Assembly (NCBI RefSeq): GCF_001194135.2
Contig: NC_068998.1
Coordinates: 39,888,422-39,952,421, forward strand
Length of the DNA: 64,000 nucleotides
Origin: Octopus bimaculoides
Lineage: Eukaryota
Direction of reading: 5' to 3'
The notes under the pieces were generated by a model. The model did no database searches. It was given only the letters and a program-made list of their open reading frames with translations, and was not told the origin of the DNA. A program made the translations under genes and the position numbers. This document shows, piece after piece, positions 27,871 to 42,020 of the stretch; positions within the stretch are counted from its first letter, which is position 1; the number at the start of each line of letters is the position of its first letter.

Positions 27871-28621
27871 TGGGACATTCCATCAGTTCACATTATTATT
27901 ATGAGCAGCTATGGCTTCTTATCCTTGAGGTTGTCTTGTGTGTATGTGTGTATGCATGCATATGTGTATGTATGTATGTATGCATGCATGTGTGTATGTG
28001 TGTATGTATGCATATATGTGTGTATGTATGGGGAGTGGTTATGTGAAAGTTTACATGAAAAAGCTTCAAGCTCCAAAAAGGTAAACTTCATTGTTATCCC
28101 TTCTCAACAAGTCATCACCCAGCTCTAGACTTCTAAAAATGGGCATAATTAAAAAAAATCCCTTAGTTGAGAAAGAGCTAAAAAGTTAGTGATAAGAAGG
28201 ACTTCCAATTATAAGAACAATACTTCAGTATCATGTATTCATTTAATCCATGCTAGCACGGAAAAGTGGATGCAAACAAATGAATGTGTGTATGTGTGTG
28301 TTGTGAGAGAGAGAGAAAGAGAGAGTTCATATTTGTTAGGAGCTCCCAATGGGAACTGACTCAGTCTGTGGTGAACTAGTCAACCCATGCCAGCATGGAA
28401 AACAGATGTAAAATGATGGTGATGATACACACACCCACAATGGGCTTCTTCACAGTTTCTGTACATAAAACTCCACTTGCAAAGCATTAGTCAATCTAAG
28501 GCTGTAGTAGAAGAAACTTATCCAAAGTGATGTGTTGTAGAATTGAACTCAGAATCACATAGTTACATGCAAAATTCTCAACCACATGTTTTTTGTTTTT
28601 TTTTTTGCTTGCACTTATAAT

Positions 28622-28625
<4 letters not shown>

Positions 28626-28697
<72 letters not shown>
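28626..28697. repeat. (GA)n microsatellite
   Basis: Directly visible; other (GA)n tracts are at 200-238 and about 33112-33140. Confidence 0.97.
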
Positions 28698-28698
<1 letters not shown>

Positions 28699-29614
28699 AA
28701 TAATGCTACAACCGATCATAAATCAAAAGGACAGAAATAAATTTAAATATTAGAAAGCCAAGCTGTGAGAGAAATATATGAATATAAATACATTCCTTCT
28801 TTGCATTTGAAGTGCAGAAAAACAGAAGGGAGAGTTTCCAGGTTTGTTGACTGCTCCCCAGAGGAGACACAGTCTGTTTACTTCCCTAATCAATAACAAC
28901 ATAGAATATTCATCTATAATAAATAAAGGAGTCATAAATTATGTTATCACTGTAGCAAATAGCTTAATTTGCATATTTGTGCTTGTTCTCTGAAAAGTGT
29001 ACAAGAGAGATTTGGTCAGTAAGTTCGGACATATATATATGCAAGTTTAAAGAGGGACAAGATGAGGCAGTTAAAACAGCTGCAATTGAGAATATGTGTT
29101 TGAGCTTTTTGGCTTTAAGAATGACTTGTCACAGACTGGGAAACCAGACAAAAGAAGACTGAAACACACAGAGTGACATGAGAACATAATACAATAACTA
29201 AGAGATAATAACTGCCAAAATAAAATCATCAATAATAATAATAATGAGAATAATAATAAAGATGATAATGATAATAACAACAACAACAGAGAGAAAAAAG
29301 TAAAATGAAGAAATGAAGATCCTTTATCTTGCTATTCGCTTTTTCAATGAAAACTAGTTGAATATTATTAATACTAAACATGTTAGAACTTATAAATATT
29401 TAGAAAATTGGATTATTTCAAAGTCAGAATCAATACAGTTTCTTTGTAGAAAATGCTATTTAAGAATTCTATTGAAGTACTAGCCAACAGCAGAGCTATG
29501 AACCAGTTTATTGCTCCAGTGAATATCTCTTCAAAAATTTGAATATATATCTATACTAATAAATGCGAATTTGTGTGTGTGTGTGTGTGTGTCCGTCTGC
29601 ATGGCTTCCCCAAC

Positions 29615-30235
29615 TACCTCTTCTCCCACAAATGGTACATATTTGTAGCCAGGGTAAATCTTGGAGTGTTACTATGCTTCTTTGGTTCACCAGTATGCAG
29701 AGCAAATTTGAAACACTCTATAACAGCTCTTATGACCAGCAAAATGTGAACAAAGACGAAAACAACAGAACTAGAAATATAGAGACCAAAGAAGTAGAAT
29801 ATTTTTTGGAGAATTATTTTGAACTTATTTAGAAAGCAGATGACAAGCAATGAGAATAATTCACATTTCTGGAACTTATATATGCTTTGGCAGTAAAACA
29901 TTTTCCATGTTGGTTTGAGATAAGATGCCTCTGAATAGTAATTTTGTTATGGATCAAATTCCTGCCCTCTAGACAAAATCTATGGAACATGAAGCAACAG
30001 TCTCCTCATATGGAGTCTGTTCTCCTAGAAGAAAAAAATTCTTCTTTTGTATCATGAGCCAACTTAATTTTCCATTTGAATGCTAAAAATTATATTTATT
30101 TTCATTGAAACAATTTTAGAAAAGTTGTACATACCAATAACAAGGTAGAAAAGTAGCACAACAAAGATTGGAAGTGAGGAGAATGGTATACTGGAAGAAA
30201 TTATCAAAAGCCAGAATCTAGTAAACCTGTGGGTT
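29615..30235. repeat. About 620-bp diverged interspersed repeat, copy 1
   Basis: Collinear with 39450-40095 (caaatgg.acatattt..tatgaccagcaaaatgtga..aataattcacattt..ctcctcatat.gagtc..attttcattgaaacaat..gaagtgagga). Confidence 0.8.
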
Positions 30236-30308
30236 CCAGCAAAAAGTGAAAAGCGCCTGAGTGTATGTAGCTTCTCACAGTCCATGCATGTATGTATGTA
30301 GTGAGGAT

Positions 30309-30585
30309 GCATGACCCAGTGGTTAGGGTGTTGCATGCAAAATCATGGTTTCAATTCCTAGACTGGGTGGTGTGTTGTGTTCTTGAGCAAAACACCTCAT
30401 CTCACATTGATCTGCAATCACTTTGACACCTGATGCATGGAACACCATGCACCTGTTCAAGCAACATCGATTTGGAGGGAGTGAGCTAATGTGTGGTATG
30501 AACATTTGATCACTATAAACAATCATTTGTGCAGGTCGTTCAGTAAAAACTGAATGCTCATACATCATCTTCGACAGGAGAGTCC
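30309..30585 (+). mobile_element. tRNA/CORE-like SINE (another family)
   Basis: gacccagtggttaggg (A-box) and ggtttcaattcc (B-box), then tgtgttcttgagcaaaacacctc. A related fragment lies at about 24270-24400. Confidence 0.6.
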
Positions 30586-31180
30586 ATCATGCATGCATGT
30601 ATGTATATTGTGGTGCAAGGTTAGATGTTCTAGAGAAGGGATACATTCAACCAATATTAAGTTACACTTGGTGTCTATTTTATAGAACCTAGAATGCTAG
30701 AAGACAAAGCTGATCTTGTTGAAATTACAATTAAGAAGAATAAAACTAACAAATACAAGGAATTTAGTTGACATTCTGCCATTTCTGCTCCTTTCCCACT
30801 TCCAAGAAGACTAATTCTGCAGAGTCTAGTTGCTATATTACTGATAATGTTTTATGTACATCAACCACACCAGTATTAAAAAGCCCTGATGATAGTGATG
30901 GCCACAAATTAATTTAGTCAGAAGAAATTAATTGTCTCAGCCACTTTGATTAAAGTAGAGTTGCAAGCGTGACAGAAACGAGACAGAATCAGACTAAAAT
31001 GTCTATAGTATTTTAGTATTAAAATGTCTGTAGTATTTTAGTTTCATCCACAACTTTCTATGTTCAAAATCACCCTAAGATTCAACTTTGTCCTTCCTTC
31101 ACCCCAGAATCAATATATTAAGTAGCAGTGCTATAAAATTCTGACCTAAGATCTATAATACTAGTAATAATAATTCAGGA

Positions 31181-31264
31181 ATAAATTCACACTTTAAAGA
31201 ACTGGTACATTGTATCTAACAAATAAATTCACACTTTAAAGAACTGGTACATTGTATCTAACAA
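31181..31264. repeat. Perfect tandem duplication, 2 x 42 bp
   Basis: ataaattcacactttaaagaactggtacattgtatctaacaa at 31181 and 31223. Confidence 0.95.
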
Positions 31265-31769
31265 ATTCCATAAACCATTAAGCTCTGACCAATACTTCAT
31301 TGGGTTAAAGGTTGTCATAAAGTACCTAATACTTGAATGAATTAAAGCATAAGAATGACAGCAACAACACTGCACTGGGCTAAATGTCTTTCAGGATTCG
31401 GTTCTGTCCTTTTTGCGCTCCACATTGAACCCATGACAAGAATTGATTTTGCTTTTCCTCTGATTAGGGCTCTTAAGATAAATGATCATTATAGACAGGA
31501 CCTGATAGATTACAATCCGCCCCTATAAATTTGTGTGGACTAGTACTAATATGAAGAATCAATATTTGAATAAACTGTAGCCATTGCCATAAAAAAAAAA
31601 AAAAAACAAGATGTTAATTCTTTGAAACACAAACCATCAATTTAGTTGTTTAGCCCTGGTTGAGCAGGCCCATGATGTAGTAGGTTTCAACCTTCACCAT
31701 TCCATCTTTTCAAATATGCAGGACAACAGTGTATGATGTGTCCTTTACTTATTTAGATGTTTTGGCATT

Positions 31770-31955
31770 GGCACGTAAAAGCACCCACTACACTCTCGTA
31801 GTGGTTGGCGTTAGGAAGGGCATCCAGCTGTAGAAACTCTGCCAAATCAGATTGGAGCCTGGTGTAGCCATCTGATTCACCAGTCCTCAGTCAAATCGTC
31901 TAACCCATGCTAGCATGGAAAGCGGACATTAAATGATGATGATGACGATGATGAT
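31770..31955 (+). mobile_element. Retroposon family A copy
   Basis: Same diagnostic ggcgttaggaagggcatccagctgtagaaac core and (GAT)n tail. Confidence 0.88.
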
Positions 31956-33108
31956 CCACTACAGAGCGGTTTCCTTGTTGGCTCATCCATGACTTAGTTG
32001 TGATTCATGGAAAAGACCTAATCAGAAGGGAAAAGTATGAATGTCATTTAATCTTATTTCCCCCTCTCCTATAAATGTGGTTTTCTCTTTAAGCAAGAAA
32101 TGAATACTTAACCAAAATATTTTTGCTATATTTTAAAATGTTTAGTGCAAGCCAGATGGATTTTGGTGAAGTGAATCCCTTTCTTTCAGTTAATTGATCA
32201 AATGTGAAAGAAGAATTAAACTTGCTACCAGTCAGTTAGGTTAAACTGATAAAGAAGAAGCAGCAAAGTCGAGTATCTTGTAGTAAAATTTGAACTCATG
32301 ACCTCTGATCAGAAGGTTCAGCACCATGACCTCCTAATTATTGTATCCCATCATGTTTTTATTCATTTTAATTCTAATTCACAAAATGTGAGAGCTCTGA
32401 TGACCAGGTCAGAAGGATATCAGCTAACCAACCAGGGAGTGAGTGGTTTGTAGTCAGTCACTAGTATTGTATTGCATCTGTGGCCAAGACACATATATCA
32501 CTGTCTATAAACTCAGTCCAACTAACCGTATAGAGGTACCATGAGTTGGTTAGTTCACCACTGTAAACAGCAACAGCACTGTGAGACTAGGGGCTGTTTC
32601 ATTAGATCACTATGCTAAGTTGAACATTTTCCCCAATGGAAGTGAGAAAAGAGCTCAGACACAGAGATAATGCAAGAGGAAATCAGCGATGCATATTTTG
32701 TCTCTAGGCTGTATAGGCCAACACTGCATTTAGATGATGGAAATGAAATTAGACAACACGAGACAATCAGTAAAAGGGAGAAAAAGTCAAAATGAAAAGA
32801 TAAAAAAGAAAAAAGAGAAAAGCTCTTAGAATACTCTGTCGACTGTTGACTTTGTAAAGACATTTTAGATACTTGAGATGTTATTAATAACAATTAAACA
32901 TCAATCTATGAAACGTTGAGTGGGAAAATTAGACAGGTAGAAAAAATATTTAGAGCATTTCAGAAGATTCTGGAAAGAAATTGTGGAATGGATATAAAAT
33001 ATTTCTTAATAATTGACATGAAATTAAAAGGTTTATTAATTGAAACTACACTAAATGTGTGTGCACATGTGCATACATATCTACGTGTATCTATGTACGT
33101 TTGTGTGT

Positions 33109-33147
<39 letters not shown>

Positions 33148-33764
33148 ATAGATGGAGAAAGCGAGTAAAGTAGAAGGAATAAAAGAAATAAAGACTGAAT
33201 AAGTTTATAAAATATATACATATATGAAGAGAAAAAAGAAAGGAGACACAGATAAAGGGAGGAGAGAAAGAGATAATCTGTGTTTGAGATGAGTGTGTGT
33301 GTGTACACATATATGTGTGTGTATATATATACAGAAAAGTCTAGGAGAGAGAAAGAATAATGGGGAGGGAAGGGAGAGAGATAATGTTGGCAGTTGCCCA
33401 ATATGTCCATTTCATCATTAGTAGCAACAATCTACAGAATAACCATTTCTCAGCATTCCCAGACTGAAGATAAACCAAGAACAACAGCACGAACATGAGA
33501 AAGACATTCCAATTAAAGAAGAACTTCCTTCTTCTTGTCTGAAGCTTCTCAAATAAATTAAAAACCATTTTTTTTTACATATTGCCTTTTTTATTGATTT
33601 ATTTTTGTAATCTAAAATTTTTTTCTTCTTTCATTCAATAAAAAGAGAATTTATCCAAGAACATCACAAACCATTACTAAGGGGTTACATAAATTTAACA
33701 ATAATTTTTAAACAGGTTGTTTATTAATACTAATATTATTATAATTATTATTATTATTATTATA

Positions 33765-34701
33765 AAGGCAGTGAGTTGGCAGAATTGATAGCATGCTGGA
33801 CAAAATGCTTAGCGGTATTTTGCTTATTGCTACATTTTGAGTTCAAATTCCACTGAGGTCGACTTTGTCTTTCATCCTTTCAGGGTCAGTAAATGAAGTA
33901 CCAATGAAACACTGGAGTCAATGCAAGTGTCTCATTTCCTCCCCTAAAATGGCTGCTCTTGCGGCAAAATTTGAAACCATTATTATTATTATTATTATTA
34001 TTATTAAGGTCTCAAGCTGGCAGAATCATTGGTACACTAGAGAAAATTATTAGTGGCATTTCTTTTGACGCGTTGCATTCTGAGTTCAAATGCCACCAAG
34101 GTTGACTTTACCTTTCCTCTTTTATGGGTTGATAAAATAAGTACTGGAGACAATGCAGTCAACTTCCCCACCCCCACAGCAAGCTGGCAGAATTGTTAGC
34201 ATGTTAGAAACAATGCTTAGCGGAATTTCTTTCAACTCATTATGTTCAGAGTTTAAATTCTGCCAGGGCTAACTTTGCCTTTCATCGTTCTGGGGTCGAT
34301 AAAATAAAGTACCAGTCAGGCATTGTGCTCAATGTAATTGACTTAACCTCTCCCCTAAATTTTCTGGCTTGGACTAAAATTTGAAGCTACTATCATGTGG
34401 CAAGCTGGTAGAATTGTTAACATATCAGACAAAGAGCATAAAAGCATTTTATCTGGCTTTATGTTCTGAGTTCAAATGCTGCCAAGATGGTGAGCTGGCA
34501 GAATCATTAGCACACCAGGCAAAATGCTTAGCAGCATTTCATTCAACTTAACACTCTGAGTTCAAATTCCGCTGAGGTCGGCTTTGCCTTTCATCCTTTG
34601 GGGTCAATAAAATAAGTACCAGTCAAGTACTGAGGTTGATGTAATCAACTAGCCCCCCCCCCTCTTCCAAAATTTCAGGCCTTGTACCTATAGTTGAAAG
34701 G

Positions 34702-34741
<40 letters not shown>

Positions 34742-35551
34742 GGGATATGAATCATCAGAATTATGAGAGTGCTGGCAAAAATACCTTATGTTATTCAATT
34801 ACAGACCTGTATGTTCTGTGGTCAAATCCTGCTGAGATCTGTTTTACATTTTGTTCTTTAGGGTTGATAAAATAAAATATCAGCCAAGTACTGGAGTTGA
34901 TAGTATTGACTAATACCCTCCCCTTCAAAATTGCTGGCCTTGTGCCTAAATCAGAAACCATAAAAGATGGCGAACTGGCAGAATAATTAACAGACTCAAA
35001 TAAAATATTGGGGTTGATATGATCGACTAAAACTCTTAAAGGCAGTGTCCCAGCATGGCTACAGTACAATGACTGAAACTAATTTTCCAGCACAATATTC
35101 CATCCATCTTATTTCAATATAAGTATTTATGACAACACCATGACCACCGCCAGCAGTAGTCATGGCGGTGGTAGGTATAAAAAGAAAATTAATATGATTA
35201 AGGTATGACAATTGAGACTGCAGCCACCGGATCTGAAATTGGATTTACCTCCTCAGCTTAAACTGTGGCAAGCTACACATCAATTCAAATTAGAAGAGAT
35301 TAATACCTAATGGTCTGGATTGGGGGTGGTAATGGCTAGGGACAGGTTGATGTGTGACAGGGACTGAGAAATAGATTGAGGAGGATGAAGGGAACATTTT
35401 GTGGATTTCGCTTAAAGCAGAAAATGGCAAATGGTGTATGGAGATCCTGACATGAAAACAACAATGAAATCTGTTCTTGGAATGCATGGAATTTTTATAG
35501 TATTATTTATAAAGACAGCTTCATATCCAACATAAGCACACAAGTGTATAT

Positions 35552-35608
<57 letters not shown>

Positions 35609-35623
35609 CATACACATGCATTG

Positions 35624-35655
<32 letters not shown>

Positions 35656-35986
35656 GGTGGTGAGCTGGCAGAACTGTTAGCACACTGGGAAAAATGCTTG
35701 GCAGCATTTTGTCTGTCATCACATTCTGAGTTCAAATTCCATGAAGGTCAACTTTACCTTTGGGGTTAATAAAATAAGTACCAGTCAAGTACTGGGGTCG
35801 ATGTAATCGACTTACTTTCTTCTCCAAAACTGCTGGCCTTGTGCCAAAATTTGAAACAGTTATTATTAAAGCAGCAAACTGGCAGAATCGTTAGCACAAG
35901 GGAGAAATTGCTTACGAGCAAACCATCTCTTTTTATGTTCTGAGTTCATATTCCATTAAGGTCAACTTTGCTTTTCATCCTTTCAG
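33765..35986 (+). mobile_element. Head-to-tail array of about 9 copies or fragments of tRNA-derived SINE family B
   Basis: The repeated head (g)agctggcagaa..ttagca..aaatgcttagc..gagttcaaat starts near 33765, 34006, 34178, 34398, 34485, 34745, 34965, 35655 and 35868. Several copies are separated by (TTA)n tails. Confidence 0.9.
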
Positions 35987-37107
35987 TGGAAAGACACACA
36001 CACTGAGACATATACACACATGCACTCACACACATACATTCACAGACATACAAAATGTGACATCGTCATCGTGGTTAAAAGTAAAAGTATAACAGTGAAA
36101 CTATATCACATTACAAGATAGATGTTATTCTTTCACTTTAATTCTTTGAGTTTTGACATGTAATATGGAACCAGTGCCAATGTTGCATTGTTTCAATCCA
36201 AAAAAAATTACATGTTGACATTCACGGGGTCTGATAGTATTACCATGTAAAATTTGATTTGATTTGGTTGAGCCGTTTGAGAATGCATTGGGACCAGATA
36301 GAGAGAGACAAAGGATTTTACATATATATGTAGATTGTTATGATTATTATTATTATTATTATTATTATCACGACTACTAGACAGGCTCAAAGGTTTTTTA
36401 GTCATCAAAGATAATACTGCTTTTGCCAAAGTTCTTAGAAGGTGAGAGAGAGACATACTGGTGTGTGACATGGGGGGGGGGGCTCAAGTTTCAGGTAAAC
36501 TGGGTTTTATAGAATCTGTGGTGATGGTCATGGAGAAGTGAAAAGGAGGAGATTTAAATTGATGAGAGAGGTCATTATCTATGATTGTGTCTATCATGTT
36601 TGAAATATTGAAAGTGAGGGCAATAGGTTGATGGCTGACTAACAGGTCAGAGAGGTCACCTGTCGTAGGAATTGAACACACTTTTTGTATGTTGCTAAAA
36701 GTTGGGGTAGATCCGTGTAGAGAAGGAAAGAATGAAGGGCCTCAAGAAGGATAAAGAGCTGGCTCGGGGATGCATCGTTTGAAGGTGGTGGTGGTGGAAG
36801 AACTGTTAGGAATGGTGGCTATGAATGCAGATATTTTCAGCCTTAGCATCAGTGTGTTCATGGTGTTGGAGCAGGACAGACTGGGAAGGGCTTAGGTGGG
36901 GGAACATGTATGTGCAGTGTGCAGTTGCAATTAAAATGGTTGATAGCTTACGTGAGCATCCAGGACAGAGACTAATTTAAAAGCCACAGAGAGTAATGTA
37001 TTGACATTAGCATTTTTGCTTGGTTACCAAGAGATTCATATTCTGATTCTTATCGGAGTTTACAATATTTTTTCTCCTCCAATTTCCAATGTTTATATCC
37101 AGAGTTA

Positions 37108-37109
<2 letters not shown>

Positions 37110-37187
<78 letters not shown>
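37110..37187. repeat. (GT)n microsatellite, followed by a degenerate GT/TA/CA tract to about 37830
   Basis: Directly visible. Confidence 0.97.
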
Positions 37188-37188
<1 letters not shown>

Positions 37189-37350
37189 TATAAATGTGCG
37201 GGTGTGTATTTGTACATACATGGATGTGTGTATATGCTTTTGTTTTATATTCTATATTTTGTGTGTAAATATGTGTGTGTGTGTGTACATATGTATCATC
37301 ATCATGACATAATATACATGCCTGTGATTAAAAACTGCATATATATTAAA

Positions 37351-37382
<32 letters not shown>

Positions 37383-37642
37383 TGCATTGCTTGAGCACAC
37401 ACACGCACACACAAATCTTTATGCATAAATCACAGCCTATGTGTGTGTGTGTACGTACATATATATATATGGATACATATATATATAGACATATACACAC
37501 ACATAAAATAGACAATACATATACAGGGATATATTTATATTGATATACATGCATTTAAACATGCATATATCGCACGTTTATACATTAAACACACAACATT
37601 ATGCATAAATATATATCTTACACAACATATACTGTTGTAATA

Positions 37643-37700
<58 letters not shown>

Positions 37701-38356
37701 TACATACACACACATATATATATGTATATGCATAACAAATTAAATACATGCATATATATGAATATACATATATGATAAATTATATACATGCATATATACA
37801 CTATACACACACACAGAGATATATATACATATAAACATCACTGTGCAGTCACCCATACGTTCCCATCCCAATAATACTCCGCACAACCTTTAGCAATAAA
37901 TTAGAATAGCTTTCCCTACCATGTTAATAGCAATAATAACAACAACAACAAAAACAATAACAACCACCATCATTATCATAGATCACAAGCAAACACAACC
38001 CCTTCCTCCCCCACACTTCTGCCTCTCTCCAAGGCACAAACTCTTCACACTGCTAATCTCAACATGGCTTATGCATGATCATGTTGCCCATGACATTTCC
38101 TTAAATATGGCACCTCAGCTGAAATTCCACAGCGAGGATCTTTCCTTTTATCCCATCATAAAGCTGTTATATAATCCACATTAAGCTGAATACTGAATAA
38201 ATTAATTTCTCACACCGTGAACTATACAGCTGAAAAAAAAAAAAAATCCAAGGGTTCTGAAACAGAAGCTCCCCACCAGTCCTCCATTTCACTCATCTCT
38301 CTGTGGTCCCTTTAAAAATTTAGTTTTCTTCTATAAGCATTGAGTAAGGATTAAAT

Positions 38357-38387
<31 letters not shown>

Positions 38388-39449
38388 GTATACACACACA
38401 CACACACACATACACACTCACACATAAGCACAGTCATCGTGTTGTAGTGGAATGGATGATCTGATGCTGTGTTTAATTGATCAATGTAGAAGACACACAC
38501 AGTTTGTTAGCTGGATCCATCAGCTTGTAAATAATTGCTGTTTAGCCCAAGGTCAGCCCCGACTGAGTAAACCTATGAACAAAGATGTCCCAACCATGAT
38601 TATCGTACTGTTTATTCACACATTGTGTTAAAGTTACTCCAGCTATGACCACCCAATCCTTCATTAGGACATTATCTATCAATGACACTGTTGTTATTTT
38701 CAAGGTATTAGACTTAAGGGTATCTTTTAAATGTCACAGGTCTGATGAAATACAACTGACTGGGGTCAAACAACAACAATAACAGCAGCAGTAATGACAG
38801 CAATATTCCAACACAAAGAGGGCTTCTACGCGGTTACCCACCCAAGTAGAAATATTAGCTGAATCAGATGCTACTATCTTTGAAAATCAAAGACAACGAA
38901 TTATTGAATAATATACCCATAGTTATACACACAGTGCTTGACCATAAAATGTGGGATGAACACAACTGGATCATCTTTGATTCTAGATTTGTTTAATTAG
39001 GGATAAGGGGAGGAGGAAAATGAAACAGAGGAAAAAGATGAAGAAAAAGAAGGACAACAACAACAACAGCAGCAGTAGCAGCAGTCCAATTTAAAGAAAA
39101 TACCAGAGCTGCCTTTGATCAACACAACAGCAACTGTATATTAGTTGCAAGTTTCCAGTTATTAGTGTTAATATATTTAATGTAGTGAACTTTAAAAAGC
39201 TAATTTACACAAATAAAAGTGAATTTCTATGGACCTGTATGACTTCCTGACTTTTAAACAAGGTAGATAACACATAAAATATGGTAAAGACCCTTTCAAC
39301 ATACAAAAAAAAAAAACCCTAAAAAACTATGAGCATATATCTACACAATATATCTACATGCATATATCTACACAAATAAATGTGAATTTTTATCTATGTC
39401 TGTATGGCTTTATGAATTATAGATTCAGCCCCTTCCAGCTGGCAGGAGA

Positions 39450-40037
39450 CGACTACTCCAACAAATGGCACATATTTGGAATTAGGGTAACACCATCAGC
39501 AGTGTTTCTATGCTGCTCTTGTCCACCAACTTGTGGAAAAAATTTGAACTACTTCATAACATCTTCAGTTCATATGACCAGCAAAATGTGATATAAGTGT
39601 AATAATGAAAGTTGAAAGAGAGACCAAACAAGCTGGATACTGACTGGAGAATTATATTTTACATATTTGGAAAGTGGATAACAAGCAGTGAAAATAATTC
39701 ACATTTTTGGAATGTCTTTAACTTTTACAATATGTTTTGGCAATAAAACATTCTTCTTGTTGTTGATACTTCTCTTACTAATTAAATCTTTTCCCTCTAT
39801 TTGAATCTATGGAAGTATGAAGTGAAAGTCAGTTTCCTCATATTGAGTCCATTTCTCAAGAAGAAAAAAATATTCTTTTGTATCTGTAGCTAATCTAATT
39901 TTTCTCTCAAACTAGAATTTGCAAAATGTAAAAATTGCATTTATTTTCATTGAAACAATGTTAGGAAAGTTGTATATATCAACATCAAGATAGAAAAGTG
40001 GTAAACAAAATGAAAAGTGAGGAGAAAAGATATACCG

Positions 40038-40069
<32 letters not shown>

Positions 40070-40095
40070 ATCAGAAACCAAAATTCAGTGAAGTT
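39450..40095. repeat. About 620-bp diverged interspersed repeat, copy 2 (same orientation)
   Basis: See 29615-30235. Confidence 0.8.
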
Positions 40096-40898
40096 ACATA
40101 TGACTTAACATGATTGGGAGAAACTTTAGATTCAACAAATCATTAAAAAAGCTCCAGAAAATTGGGTGAAGTTATGACTTGAAAAAAAAACCTTGCATGA
40201 CAAATCTTATTTATGCAAATAAAGAATTATAGATGTTGTTTGTCCCTGATGAATCTCTCCCCCACAACTCATCTTCTTAACATTCCCTGCCTATATCTGT
40301 GTTCACCATTCACTGCACTCCCCTCCCTTCTATCACTCACTCTCCTGTCGCACTCTCACAAAAACACCTGCTCACTCACTCTGTTCAATTATCTGTACCA
40401 TCATCATCATCATCATTTAACATCTGCTTTCCATGCTGGCATGGGTTAGATGGTTTGGCTAGAATTTTTAAGCTGGAGAGCTGCTCCAGGTTCCAATCTG
40501 ATTTGCCATGGATTTTAGGGTTGGATGCCCTTCCTAATGCCAGTTCACTTATATTTACTTCCCTGTAACTTGAAGTCACATCCCAACACAGCTTGATCCT
40601 CTGGCTTCTCTCCCCAACTCTTTTCCAGCTGGCGTAGCCATGTATCTCCTCTACTTCAAGGTCACCTGTTACTGTCCCTATATCATACTCTAACCTCTCA
40701 TCCTTTTCCTCAATATTTTCCCACCTCAGTTGAAGGGACTTGTCTTGTGAGTTACTTGGTAATCTTGCTGGTGATAGAGCCACATAAAATGCACCCATTA
40801 CAAGCTGTAAAGTAACTATGTCATGATGGGAATACAGCCATAGAAACCATACCAAAGCAGACAGTGGAGCTTATAAAGTCTTCTGGCTCATTACTTCC

Positions 40899-41127
40899 TT
40901 ATTTCTTTATTGCCCACAAGGGGCTAAACATAGAGGGGACAAACAAAAACAGACAAAGGGATTAAGTCGATTACATCGACCCCAGTGTATAACTGGTACT
41001 TAATTTATCGACTCCGAAAGAATGAAAGGCAAAGTTGACCTTGGCGGAATTTGAACTCAGAACATAACAGCAGATGAAATACCGCTAAGCATTTCGCCCG
41101 ACGTGCTAATGTTTCTGCCAGCTCGCC
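40899..41127 (-). mobile_element. SINE family B, full-length, little diverged
   Basis: ggcgagctggcagaaac..gagttcaaattccgccaaggtcaactttgcctttcattctttcggagtcgataaattaagtaccag..ccccttgtgggcaataaagaaataa. Highly similar to 61624-61845. Confidence 0.9.
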
Positions 41128-41590
41128 ACCTGACAGTTCCTATCAGACTGCCAAACCCATGCCAGCATGGAAACAAGGAATGTTAAACAGTGATGACAAT
41201 GATGATGATCACATATTTATTTTTCATAGGTTCTTCAATTTTGCAATCTTACTTGAGGCCAAGGACCCAGGAGCCCTTTGCAGGAGCTTCACCAACAGTC
41301 TACCCAAAAGGAAACATTTTGGTTGGTCAGAAATTATTTTGACATAAGGTAATGTCAAAATAGTCAATGACGAACGATATTTTGAATGTTTCTGAAAGTA
41401 TGGGAATTATGCCATACATGTTTTAGTTTTATTTAATGTCCTAATATAAACATAAACTTCCCTGTACTTTGGTGAAGGGAGAATGCCTGAAGTGTTGTAG
41501 CCAATCACTGTAGCTTTACAGGCATTAATACCATCCAACACTCAATAATAATTGATACATTGCTGTCAGAAATTCATAACTGCATTTATT

Positions 41591-41800
41591 TTTTTACTTG
41601 TTTTAGTTGTCAGGTCACGGCCATGCTGGGGCACTGCCTTAAAGAATTTTAGTCAAATGAATCAACCCTAATACTCATTCTTTTTTTTAAAGTTTGGTAA
41701 TTATCCTACTAGTCTCTTTTGCTGAACTGCTAAGTTATGGAGATGTAAACACACCAACACTAGTTGTCAAGTGGTTGTGGGGGACAAACTCAGACACAAA

Positions 41801-41842
<42 letters not shown>

Positions 41843-42020
41843 TTTACAGGTAAGCATATATGATGGGCTTCTTTCAGTTTCTATTTACCAAATCCACTCA
41901 CAAGGTTTTGGTAGGTCTGAGGCTATTGTACAAGATACTTGCCCCAGGTGCCATGCAGTGGGACTGAACCTGGAACCATGAAGTTGGGAAGCAAACTTCT
42001 TACCACACAGCCATGCCTGC
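41591..42020 (-). mobile_element. Composite SINE family C copy
   Basis: Collinear with 52777-53182; the internal microsatellite here is (CA)n. Confidence 0.85.

Noticed and set aside
36484-36760. APE-endonuclease-like remnant (GSTPTF..DL..SHQPI)
   Set aside because: Only two short motifs; not enough support without a search.
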